The notes: generated by a model not told the origin, from the sequence alone. A DNA stretch of 64,000 bases from Minisyncoccia bacterium (GCA_049720475.1 JBNASH010000035.1:84015-148014), one strand, 5' to 3'; shown: positions 1 through 7,549, numbered from the stretch's first letter. A program made the numbers and translations.

Positions 1-798
1 ATGGTCCGGTTTTTACTTATGATGAAATCGAAAATAGCCATGACTAAAAAAATAAATAAAAAAATTTCGGTTGGTATTTTTGACTTTACTGACTGTGAAG
101 GTTGCCAAGTAAAATTAGTTTCTTTGCGAGAAAAATTTTTGAAACTTGAGGAAAATTTTGAAATTCTTGCTTGGCGTTTAGGTCAAGAAAAGTTCAACCC
201 CGGCCCATATGATATCGCGATTGTTGAAGGAACACCAATTATGCCAGAAGAAGTGGAATTGCTTAAATCCATTCGGGAAAATTCTAAAATTCTTATTGCT
301 TTTGGAACCTGTGCAGCTTTGGGTGGCATTCCCGCCATTTTATCTGAAAAAGAAAGACAATATTGGTACCAAAAAATTTACGGTCCGAATTACAAACCGC
401 GTGGCATTGAAGCCCAACCTCTTTCCGCTTATGTGCCAGTGGATGTAATTATTAACGGCTGTCCAGTTGATGAGAATGAAATTTTAAAAATTTTTGAAGC
501 CTTCATCGCTGGCAAAAAACCTTATCCCTATGATTATCCAGTTTGCTATGACTGTAAAAAAGCCGGCAATGAATGTCGCCTTCTTAAAGGATTGCCTTGT
601 TTAGGACCGATAACTAAAAATGGTTGTGGTGCGATTTGTATTTCCGGTGGTTCAGCCTGTTATGGTTGCTTTGGTCTTCGCGATGGCGCCAACTTTGAAG
701 CTCTTATCAAAATTTTAGAAAAAATCGCCGATAAAAAAACCGTCGCTTTATATCTCTCAATGTTTCACAAAAAAGATATTAAATATGATAACCAATGA
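1..798 (+). CDS. [NiFe] hydrogenase small (delta/HoxY-MvhG-like) subunit; true start probably an internal ATG at 19-24 or 40-42
   Basis: N-terminal CxxC motif (FDFTDCEGCQ) and multiple C-terminal Cys clusters (CYDCKKAGNEC, CGAICISGGSACYGC), typical of Fe-S-carrying small subunits of cytoplasmic group-3 hydrogenases. Its end overlaps the large-subunit start by 14 nt. Confidence 0.75.
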   Translation: MVRFLLMMKSKIAMTKKINKKISVGIFDFTDCEGCQVKLVSLREKFLKLEENFEILAWRLGQEKFNPGPYDIAIVEGTPIMPEEVELLKSIRENSKILIAFGTCAALGGIPAILSEKERQYWYQKIYGPNYKPRGIEAQPLSAYVPVDVIINGCPVDENEILKIFEAFIAGKKPYPYDYPVCYDCKKAGNECRLLKGLPCLGPITKNGCGAICISGGSACYGCFGLRDGANFEALIKILEKIADKKTVALYLSMFHKKDIKYDNQ

Positions 799-1978
799 AT
801 TTATTGCTAAAATTGAAGGTCATGGCAATTTAAAAGTCGATTGGAAGAATAATAAAGTAATTTTGGAGGTGGCTGAGGGAGAAAGATTGTTTGAAGGATT
901 GTTAGTTGGCCGACCAGCTGAAGAAGCCTATTGGGTCACTCCCCGCATTTGTGGTGTCTGTCCAATTGCTCATAATTTAGCTTCTATTTCAGCTTTAGAA
1001 AATGCCGCCCAAATTAAATTATCCGAACCAATGAAACTTTTAAGAGAACTAATGCAATGCGCCCAAATGATCCAAAGCCACGCCCTGCATCTATTTTTCT
1101 TAGCTCTGCCTGATTATCTAGGTATTGATCGCGGCACAGAATTAAAAAATAAAAATCCGAAAGCCTTCCAAAATGCTTTAGCTTTAAAGGCTTTAGCTGA
1201 TAATTTAGCTTTTGTTTCTGCTGGACGTAATGTCCATCCAACAACTCCAACTCTCGGTGGCTTCAATAAATTGCCAACTCAAAAAGATTTGAAAAGAATG
1301 CTCTCGGAATTAGAAAAAACCGAAGAAATTACTCATTGGCTGGAAAAATTCTGTGAAAATTTAAATTATCCAGATTTAAAAGTTGATTTGGAATTAGTAG
1401 CGATTAAAAACGATTTAATTTATTCTAGCAAAGGTGAAACAGTATCAATAAATGATTACAAAACAGCAATTGAAGAAGAAATTAGAGAGTTTTCAACTGC
1501 CAAGTTTTCTAAATTCCATGGCCGAGAAGTAATGGTTGGCGCTTTGGCGCGTTTATATTTCGAAAAATCCCAAAATAAAAATTTGGATTTTCAAAATCCA
1601 TTTCATAACAACCTTGCTCAAGCCATCGAAATTAAACTCTATCATCAAAAAGCCCAAAAAATTATTAAAAAACTTTTGGAATTTGATCTAAAAAACATTC
1701 CTCATCAAGCTAAGCCAAATTGGCAAAAAAACTCTCAAGGTATTGGTGCAGTAGAAGCACCTCGCGGCGGCCTCTATCATGAAATTCACGTTGATGAAAA
1801 AGGCTTTATTACTTACATAAACATCATTACGCCAACCGTCCAAAATCTTACTTCAATCGAAAAAACCGCTCAATTACTTATTGAACAACACGCCTCTCGA
1901 TCGCAAAAAGAAAAAGAAAAATTGCTTAATATGCTGGTAAGGGCTTATGACCCTTGCATCACTTGTTCAGTGCACTAA
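785..1978 (+). CDS. [NiFe] hydrogenase large (catalytic) subunit
   Basis: N-terminal Ni-Fe ligand motif R-I-C-G-V-C-P-I-A-H (RxCGxCxxxH) and C-terminal DPCITCSVH (DPCxxCxxH). The protein ends exactly at the His with no C-terminal extension. Confidence 0.85.
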   Translation: MITNEFIAKIEGHGNLKVDWKNNKVILEVAEGERLFEGLLVGRPAEEAYWVTPRICGVCPIAHNLASISALENAAQIKLSEPMKLLRELMQCAQMIQSHALHLFFLALPDYLGIDRGTELKNKNPKAFQNALALKALADNLAFVSAGRNVHPTTPTLGGFNKLPTQKDLKRMLSELEKTEEITHWLEKFCENLNYPDLKVDLELVAIKNDLIYSSKGETVSINDYKTAIEEEIREFSTAKFSKFHGREVMVGALARLYFEKSQNKNLDFQNPFHNNLAQAIEIKLYHQKAQKIIKKLLEFDLKNIPHQAKPNWQKNSQGIGAVEAPRGGLYHEIHVDEKGFITYINIITPTVQNLTSIEKTAQLLIEQHASRSQKEKEKLLNMLVRAYDPCITCSVH

Positions 1979-2005
1979 AATTGATATTCTCTAAAAAAAG
2001 AAAAG

Positions 2006-2030
2006 GGCTCGCCTAGCGAGCCTTTTGTTT
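2006..2030. terminator. bidirectional intrinsic terminator (GGCTCGC-cta-GCGAGCC + TTTTGTTT)
   Basis: Perfect 7-bp GC-rich stem followed by a T-run, sitting between convergent genes. The stop codon and C-terminus of the minus-strand ORF lie inside it. Confidence 0.5.
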
Positions 2031-2681
2031 ATTTTTCTTATTGAAATTTCTCAGAGCTTCTTTTGTCAACTGCAATAATTTATCTGCTTCTTTTTGAGAA
2101 ATTTTTTCAATAACTTTGCGGAAATGAACAGTCACCCAATCGCCTTCTTTTAAATCTAAATCTAGCTCATTTTGAACAATCAATTCAACTTTCGGACCCA
2201 AAGTCAATTTGTCCTTTTTTAATGTTTTCGTAATTGGTTGATAAATTACCCACCACTCCCTATTTGAAATTTTGTCGCTAATTTTAGCTGGATGAACAAC
2301 ACAATCATCAACTAACTCTTCAACAATTTGATGCATTTTTATCTGAATGATAGGAATCAAAGTCGAAGCATTATGAATCCACTCCTCTCCTTTTAATTCT
2401 GGATTGCCTTTCCAATAAAAAGAAACGACTTCTTCATCAAATGGTTCTTTGTGATTTAACTGGGCGATTCGGCGATAAAAATCATAACTTAAAAGGTTTT
2501 TTAAAATTTTTTCAATTCTTTCCGCTTCACCTTTGCCATGACGGAAATAATCATACAAATCATTGGAAAATTTAAGCAAACGAGCTTTCTCGCAAACATA
2601 AGAATATTTAGCAGCTAATTTTAATCCTTCCCCTTCCATTTTATCCCTCCTTTTTAAAGAGCTTTTAGTGATGGCTGTCAT
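2013..2681 (-). CDS. hypothetical protein downstream of and overlapping hypC (17-nt overlap)
   Basis: 222-aa ORF co-directional and translationally coupled with hypC. No recognisable motif. Confidence 0.4.
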   Translation of the reverse strand: MTAITKSSLKRRDKMEGEGLKLAAKYSYVCEKARLLKFSNDLYDYFRHGKGEAERIEKILKNLLSYDFYRRIAQLNHKEPFDEEVVSFYWKGNPELKGEEWIHNASTLIPIIQIKMHQIVEELVDDCVVHPAKISDKISNREWWVIYQPITKTLKKDKLTLGPKVELIVQNELDLDLKEGDWVTVHFRKVIEKISQKEADKLLQLTKEALRNFNKKNKQKAR

Positions 2682-2895
2682 GATGACTGGCCTTTATAAA
2701 ATTTAATATTTTTTTCGCTTCTTTCAAGGGTAGTTTGTGAATCGCCAAATCGCCGTGGGCCAAAACAAAATCGCCTTTTTTTGGTTTTTTCTCTTTTATT
2801 AAAGAAATATCGACAATATGAGTGTGACCTTCTCCTTGAACTACTGCCTTATCCTTTTCAATTTTTATAATTCTCATTGGTGTTGCCAAGCACAT
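2665..2895 (-). CDS. hypC: hydrogenase maturation factor HypC/HupF
   Basis: Begins MCLATP (the canonical MC(L/I)A(I/V)P HypC N-terminus with the essential Cys2), and its small size (~76 aa) fits HypC. Confidence 0.8.
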   Translation of the reverse strand: MCLATPMRIIKIEKDKAVVQGEGHTHIVDISLIKEKKPKKGDFVLAHGDLAIHKLPLKEAKKILNFIKASHHDSHH

Positions 2896-2963
2896 AAAAT
2901 TTATTTATTTTCATTATAATATAATTTATGCTATAATAGAATAGTCGAATAAAAAGAGGGTCA

Positions 2964-3263
2964 ATGAAAAAAGTTCTTGGTAAAATAGTTTTAATTTTAG
3001 CGATTGTTGCTTTTTTATTAAGTATTGCCATTATGGTTTTAAATAAAAAAGCTCCTCTACCACAAGAACAAATTGCTTTAAAAAATTGTTTAGAGAGCGG
3101 CGGCCAGGTTGTTTCTGCTTCCTGTTGTCTAAACACTTCTAATTTCCCTGATACTTGCTTAATTGGCGCTTGTGGTTGCGCACCAGACAAAAGCCACATA
3201 GTCCAAATCTGTGATTGCGGTCCTAATAAATGTTTTGATGGTAAAACTTGTGTAAATAGATAA
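2964..3263 (+). CDS. small membrane-anchored/secreted cysteine-rich peptide (10 Cys in a ~55-aa C-terminal domain)
   Basis: Strong SD (AAAGAGGG) 5 nt upstream of the ATG, an N-terminal hydrophobic helix, then a Cys-dense domain (C-x11-CC-x9-C-x4-C-x-C-x12-C-x-C-x4-C-x6-C). The overlapping antisense ORF 2858..3199 has no such support. Confidence 0.55.
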   Translation: MKKVLGKIVLILAIVAFLLSIAIMVLNKKAPLPQEQIALKNCLESGGQVVSASCCLNTSNFPDTCLIGACGCAPDKSHIVQICDCGPNKCFDGKTCVNR

Positions 3264-3265
3264 TT

Positions 3266-3294
3266 TTGACAAAATCATCTTCAAAGATTAAAAT
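3266..3294 (+). promoter_or_regulatory. sigma70-like promoter for tRNA-His (TTGACA-17-TAAAAT)
   Basis: Consensus -35 TTGACA at 3266-3271, a 17-nt spacer, TAAAAT at 3289-3294, and the tRNA starts 12 nt downstream. Confidence 0.4.
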
Positions 3295-3306
3295 TATTTT
3301 AGCAAT

Positions 3307-3383
3307 GGTGGCCTTAGTTCAGCGGCTAGAACGCCTCGTTGTGGCCGAGGAGGTCAGGGGTTCAAATCCCCTAGGCCACCCCA
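3307..3383 (+). tRNA. tRNA-His (anticodon GUG) with encoded G-1 and encoded CCA
   Basis: Cloverleaf folded by hand: acceptor stem GTGGCCT/AGGCCAC, extra 5' G pairing with discriminator C73, anticodon loop TTGTGGC, T-loop TTCAAAT. Confidence 0.9.
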
Positions 3384-3477
3384 AACCTCCTAATCTCAAG
3401 GGGGTTTTTCTTGCTTAATTTTTAAAATTAATTAAACTTAAGGCGGAACTTAAAAATTTCAAAAAAGGAGGAATAGA

Positions 3478-3891
3478 ATGAAAAAACATGATTGTTTTTT
3501 AACTATTCAAATTTTAGGAGAGGAGATCATTGCTCCCGTCATTGAAAAAATATTAAATAGTAGAATTACTAACATTCCCATTGATACTAAAAAAATCAAC
3601 AAAACAAGTAATGGATGCCAGAAAATTTATGAAGTTAGTACCAGTTATAGATATTATTGTCGTTTCAATTTATACCAATTAATTTTCAATATTCATCGGA
3701 GATTTATCCCCGATCATAATGACTTTACTGCTCAATTTATTTTCGAATTTAAACTGGGTAAAAAAGAGCCTGTTTTCCGCAGTTGGGAAGCCTACAGATT
3801 CCAGGAAGAAAAATTAAGTCAAGAAGAATTAAACGCCATTAAAAATTGCCTCTTAGAATTCTTTGGCAATTTTTCAGAAGGAAGCTTTTAA
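3478..3891 (+). CDS. hypothetical small protein (island gene 1)
   Basis: Strong SD AAAGGAGG 8 nt upstream, and an intrinsic terminator follows. Confidence 0.5.
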   Translation: MKKHDCFLTIQILGEEIIAPVIEKILNSRITNIPIDTKKINKTSNGCQKIYEVSTSYRYYCRFNLYQLIFNIHRRFIPDHNDFTAQFIFEFKLGKKEPVFRSWEAYRFQEEKLSQEELNAIKNCLLEFFGNFSEGSF

Positions 3892-3909
3892 AAATTATAA
3901 TTTAATAAA

Positions 3910-3940
3910 GAGGCCCTATAAAAGGGCTTCTTGTTTTTTT
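3910..3940 (+). terminator. intrinsic terminator (GAGGCCCT-ataaa-AGGGCTTC + T8)
   Basis: Hairpin plus a TTGTTTTTTT run. Confidence 0.5.
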
Positions 3941-3996
3941 AAAAAATCATGATAAATTATAGATGGCATTTAAAAAATTAAAGAAGGGGGTTTCGC

Positions 3997-4365
3997 ATGA
4001 AAAGAAAAATATTTATCGCCTTAGTAATTTTAATAATGATTCTTTTGACAATTCTTTTTGTCATCGTCAGGAAAAAATCCGATAATCTTTCAACCACTCA
4101 AGTATCTCTTGATCAAAAAAAGGAAATAATTGATCTAAAAAAGCTCGATCCGGACATACGATTAATTTGGCTTTCTGATGAAAACGGCAAAAATTTAAGA
4201 CCAGTTTTAATCCGTATTGGTATTAGCGATGGCCAATACACAGAAATAAAAGAAATTCTTTATGGCGAAATAAAAGAAGGTGATTTTGTTGTTACGGGCA
4301 AAACAACTCCTCAATCCAGCAGTTCCCAACAGGACATTAATAGAATTTTTAGAAGTTTAAGATGA
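3997..4365 (+). CDS. small membrane-anchored protein whose C-terminal half resembles the beta-barrel domain of HlyD/MFP-family periplasmic adaptor proteins
   Basis: Strong SD (GAAGGGGG). An N-terminal TM helix, then LRPVLIRIGISDGQYTEIKEILYGEIKEGDFVVTG, the characteristic C-terminal motif pattern of membrane fusion proteins. It is far too short for a full MFP. Confidence 0.45.
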   Translation: MKRKIFIALVILIMILLTILFVIVRKKSDNLSTTQVSLDQKKEIIDLKKLDPDIRLIWLSDENGKNLRPVLIRIGISDGQYTEIKEILYGEIKEGDFVVTGKTTPQSSSSQQDINRIFRSLR

Positions 4366-4375
4366 GGAGGCGATC

Positions 4376-4849
4376 ATGATCCATTTTTATAATTTAACCA
4401 ATGGTTTAGAAATAGTTGATATCTCAAAATATCCCCATATCACCCGCATCCAATCTTCTCACATCGAAGGAAAACATTGGAATCATCTTTTTGCTCAATT
4501 AAGCGATGAATTACTGTTCTATCTGGCAATTGGCAAAGAATGTGTTATCGTAGACGCTTCACCAAAACCCATACGCTCCAGTCTTGCTCGCATTGGAATA
4601 CCAGTTATTGTTTATATTTTATCTCGCATCTGGTTTCATAAAAAAATTGAACCCCAGACATTCGATAAACGATATCTTGAAAGTGTTTATCGTTCCTTAA
4701 CAAGAAGCACAAAAAATAAGTTAAAATATTATCGAAAATTTTTGCTGACCGATAGAATCAGATTGAAATGTTTTATCGGTTTTACAAAGAATGACGGCAA
4801 ATATCATATATTTAAAAAGAAAATCCAAAACCAAAAAGATGGCGATTAA
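4376..4849 (+). CDS. hypothetical protein (island gene 3); its last 5 codons and stop are supplied by the repeated terminator-promoter module
   Basis: Strong SD (GAGGAGG). The C-terminus QKDGD-stop is read out of repeat copy 1. Confidence 0.45.
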   Translation: MIHFYNLTNGLEIVDISKYPHITRIQSSHIEGKHWNHLFAQLSDELLFYLAIGKECVIVDASPKPIRSSLARIGIPVIVYILSRIWFHKKIEPQTFDKRYLESVYRSLTRSTKNKLKYYRKFLLTDRIRLKCFIGFTKNDGKYHIFKKKIQNQKDGD

Positions 4850-4900
4850 TCGCCATCTTTTTATTTGACAAAGAATTAAATCGGAATAATCTAAAAATGG
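4833..4900 (+). repeat. terminator-promoter module, copy 1 (hairpin GATGGCGATTAATCGCCATC + T-run, then TTGACA-16-TAATCT)
   Basis: About 60 nt near-identical to 5323..5390. Contains a perfect 8-bp-stem hairpin followed by TTTTTATTT and a consensus -35 hexamer. Confidence 0.8.
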
Positions 4901-4929
4901 CTCTTAAAATTTTAATAAGGAGGTGGCAA

Positions 4930-5310
4930 ATGCATAAAATATTCAATGAGGTCATTTTAAAATTTTGCGAACTTTTTCAATTTTACCCAACGCTTAATTT
5001 GTTTTTTCTTGAGGCCCAAAAAAAGAAATTAAATAACATAACAATTAAGCCGATCATGATTAAAACAGAATTTCCTCTTTCTGGAAATTATATATTAGAA
5101 GGAAGAATTGAACTACAAGCACCAGCAATCAAAGCTTTTTATATAAAACAGTGCTATGAGGCGCTGGTAAAAGCTTATTACGAAAATAAAGAGGCTTTTG
5201 AAAAAGAATGTAGAAATACAATCGAAGAAGAAGCAGAAAAAATTCGAAAAAAAGCAATCCAAAGAGGTCTAAATGTCATCACTTTAAAAATACAAGAAGA
5301 AGAGTGTTAA
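4930..5310 (+). CDS. small hypothetical protein, paralog A (preferred start is the ATG at 4930 with SD AAGGAGGTGG; the ORF track starts at 4897)
   Basis: Shares an N-terminal pattern F-x-Y-P-x-x-x-L-x-x-x-A-x-K-K-K-x(7)-I-x-P with the next gene (5420..5809). Confidence 0.5.
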   Translation: MHKIFNEVILKFCELFQFYPTLNLFFLEAQKKKLNNITIKPIMIKTEFPLSGNYILEGRIELQAPAIKAFYIKQCYEALVKAYYENKEAFEKECRNTIEEEAEKIRKKAIQRGLNVITLKIQEEEC

Positions 5311-5322
5311 AATAAAAATAGA

Positions 5323-5390
5323 AAAAGATGGCGATTAATCGCCATCTTTTTATTTGACAAAAAATTAAATTAGGTTAATCTAAGGGTGGT
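5323..5390 (+). repeat. terminator-promoter module, copy 2
   Basis: Same hairpin, T-run, TTGACA and TAATCT as copy 1. Confidence 0.8.
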
Positions 5391-5419
5391 TTGATTAAAA
5401 ATTTAAAAGGAGGGGTGAA

Positions 5420-5809
5420 ATGAAAAAAATGAAAAATTTAGTTAAAAGAGCATTTTTGACTGTTTCAAAATTTTTTAAAATATACCCGTCCATTCAATTA
5501 TTGATTGATGATGCCAAAAAAAAGAATGTTGAAAAATTGCTGATTATACCATATATCTCCATAAAAGAATCGTTAATGAGTAAAACGATAAAAAGGATTG
5601 ATGGTTTCATTGAAATTACAGCAGAAAATCTTCCAGCTGTTTGCTCCATAGAATGCAGCGATGCTTTCTCTAATTATTTATCATCTGAAGCAGAAGATGA
5701 AATATTTGAAGATTGTAAAGAGTCTTTATTAGAAACGGCAGAAATGTTTAAAAAATACCTGGAAGAGCATAATTTTAAAGTTGAGATTAAAAAAGTAAAA
5801 ATTTTATAA
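5420..5809 (+). CDS. small hypothetical protein, paralog B
   Basis: Strong SD AAAGGAGGGG. N-terminal similarity to paralog A (KFFKIYPSIQLLIDDAKKK vs ELFQFYPTLNLFFLEAQKKK). Confidence 0.5.
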   Translation: MKKMKNLVKRAFLTVSKFFKIYPSIQLLIDDAKKKNVEKLLIIPYISIKESLMSKTIKRIDGFIEITAENLPAVCSIECSDAFSNYLSSEAEDEIFEDCKESLLETAEMFKKYLEEHNFKVEIKKVKIL

Positions 5810-5823
5810 TTTTATACACAATA

Positions 5824-5850
5824 CGGGCCCAAAGGGGCTCGTTTTTTATT
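5824..5850 (+). terminator. intrinsic terminator after island
   Basis: GGGCCC..GGGGCTC imperfect hairpin followed by TTTTTTATT. Confidence 0.4.
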
Positions 5851-5858
5851 CTTCTCTC

Positions 5859-5886
5859 TTGATTTTCTTTAAATTCAAACTATAAT
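5859..5886 (+). promoter_or_regulatory. candidate promoter for rny (TTGATT-16-TATAAT)
   Basis: -35-like hexamer 5859-5864 and a perfect -10 TATAAT at 5881-5886. Confidence 0.4.
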
Positions 5887-6006
5887 AAAAATGTACTTTT
5901 TTAAATCGTATCTAAAGTCATTAAATTCTTTAATTTCGCTATAAAAAATTTGTGAAACCCTTTTTTGTAATTAAATCGCAATTTTTGAAAGGCGAAATCC
6001 ACTCAT

Positions 6007-7530
6007 ATGGAGACGCTTATTTTAGCATCTTTAGCAACCTTAATTTTAGGAATTTTTATCGGCTATCTCGCGCGACAAAATATTATCAAGCGCGAAATTG
6101 CCTCCGCTGAACAAAAAATTAAAAGTCAGTTAGAAGAAGCCAAAACTAAGGCTAAAGAAATTATTTTAGCCGCCAAAGATAAAGCTGCGGCTATTTTGGA
6201 TGAAGCTCAAAAAGAAGAAAAAGAAAGAAAAAAAGAGTTATCTGCTTTTGAACAACGTCTTAATCGACGCGAGGAGTTGCTCAATCAGAAACTCAGCGAA
6301 ACCGAAGCCAAAAATCGTTCTTTAGAAGAAAACATCAAAAAAGTAAAAGAAATAAAAGAAAAAGTTGAGGAAATCCGGCAAGAAGCTCAAAAAGAATTGG
6401 AAAGAATTGCTGGTTTGGGCGAGGAAGAAGCTAAAAAAGAATTGTTTTCAAAAATAGAAAACACCCATCGGCAAGAAATTACTGAATTATTGAAGCGGAT
6501 GGAAAAAGAAAAGCGTGATGAAATAGAAAAACAGGCTTTTAATCTTTTAGAAACTGCCATTCAACGATTGAGTAGATCAGTGAGCAGCGAAGTGACAACT
6601 TCTTCTTTTTCCATTCCAGATGAAGAAACCAAAGGAAAAATCATTGGCCGAGAAGGAAGAAATATTAGAACTTTAGAACGCCTGACTGGAGTAGATATTC
6701 TGATTGATGAATCACCAGATACAATCACTCTCTCCTCTTTTGATCCATTAAGGAGAGAATTGGCGAGAATTGCTTTAGAAAAACTCATTAAAGACGGCCG
6801 TATCCAACCCGCCAAAATCGAAGAAAAAGTTGAAGAAGCCCAAAAAGAATTAAACGAAAAAATCAAAGAAGCCGGAGAAAATGCTGCTTATGAATTAGGG
6901 ATTTTAGATTTACCCAAAGAGATTATTTATCTTTTGGGAAGATTAAATTATCGAACAAGTTACGGCCAAAATGTGCTCCAACACTCAATCGAAGCCGCTC
7001 ATCTAGCAAAAATGCTGGCCGCCGAATTAGGCGCTAATATTGAAGTAGCTAAAAAAGCGGCATTACTTCATGATATTGGCAAGGCTATTGATCATGAAGT
7101 TGAAGGTACTCATGTAGAGCTGGGAAGAAAAATTCTGCAAAAATACGGCGTTTCTGAAGAAATTATTAAAGCCATCGAAGCTCACCACGAGGATTATCCA
7201 TTTGAAACACCTGAGTCATTTATCGTTGCTGCCGCCGAAGCAATCTCTGCTAGCCGTCCTGGAGCAAGACGCGACAGTCTGGAAAATTACCTTAAAAGAT
7301 TGGAAAATCTTGAAAAAATTGCTCTTTCCTTTGACGGCGTTCAAAAAGCTTATGCAATTCAAGCTGGCCGGGAATTAAGAGTTTTTGTTATCCCGGAAAA
7401 AATCGATGATTTAGGGGCTTTAAATCTAGCTAAACAAATAGCCAATCGTATCCATGATGAATTAAATTACCCCGGCGAAATAAAAGTAAATGTGATTCGC
7501 GAAACAAGAGCCGTGGAATATGCTCGTTAA
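6007..7530 (+). CDS. rny: ribonuclease Y
   Basis: N-terminal TM helix, a long coiled-coil, a KH domain (IGREGRNIRTLE), and an HD domain (LHDIGK...H..G). Confidence 0.9.
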   Translation: METLILASLATLILGIFIGYLARQNIIKREIASAEQKIKSQLEEAKTKAKEIILAAKDKAAAILDEAQKEEKERKKELSAFEQRLNRREELLNQKLSETEAKNRSLEENIKKVKEIKEKVEEIRQEAQKELERIAGLGEEEAKKELFSKIENTHRQEITELLKRMEKEKRDEIEKQAFNLLETAIQRLSRSVSSEVTTSSFSIPDEETKGKIIGREGRNIRTLERLTGVDILIDESPDTITLSSFDPLRRELARIALEKLIKDGRIQPAKIEEKVEEAQKELNEKIKEAGENAAYELGILDLPKEIIYLLGRLNYRTSYGQNVLQHSIEAAHLAKMLAAELGANIEVAKKAALLHDIGKAIDHEVEGTHVELGRKILQKYGVSEEIIKAIEAHHEDYPFETPESFIVAAAEAISASRPGARRDSLENYLKRLENLEKIALSFDGVQKAYAIQAGRELRVFVIPEKIDDLGALNLAKQIANRIHDELNYPGEIKVNVIRETRAVEYAR

Positions 7531-7549
7531 AGTTTATCCACACCCCTAT

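Noticed and set aside
209-448. ORF 209..448 (+) inside the hydrogenase small-subunit gene in another frame
   Set aside because: Fully embedded in a well-supported conserved CDS; no motif or SD support.
1014-1250. Antisense ORF within the hydrogenase large subunit
   Set aside because: Overlaps a conserved CDS on the opposite strand; typical shadow ORF.
2858-3199. 113-aa minus-strand ORF overlapping the Cys-rich peptide gene
   Set aside because: No SD or promoter. The plus-strand ORF has a strong SD, a TM helix and a patterned Cys domain, so the minus ORF is treated as a shadow.
7534-7542. Perfect DnaA-box 9-mers TTATCCACA at 7534, 22293 and 58772; asked whether an oriC is near rpmH
   Set aside because: The three boxes are ~15 and ~36 kb apart, not clustered, and no dnaA or dnaN gene or AT-rich DUE with box clusters is present. 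Roughly one occurrence is expected by chance at this base composition. Not an origin.
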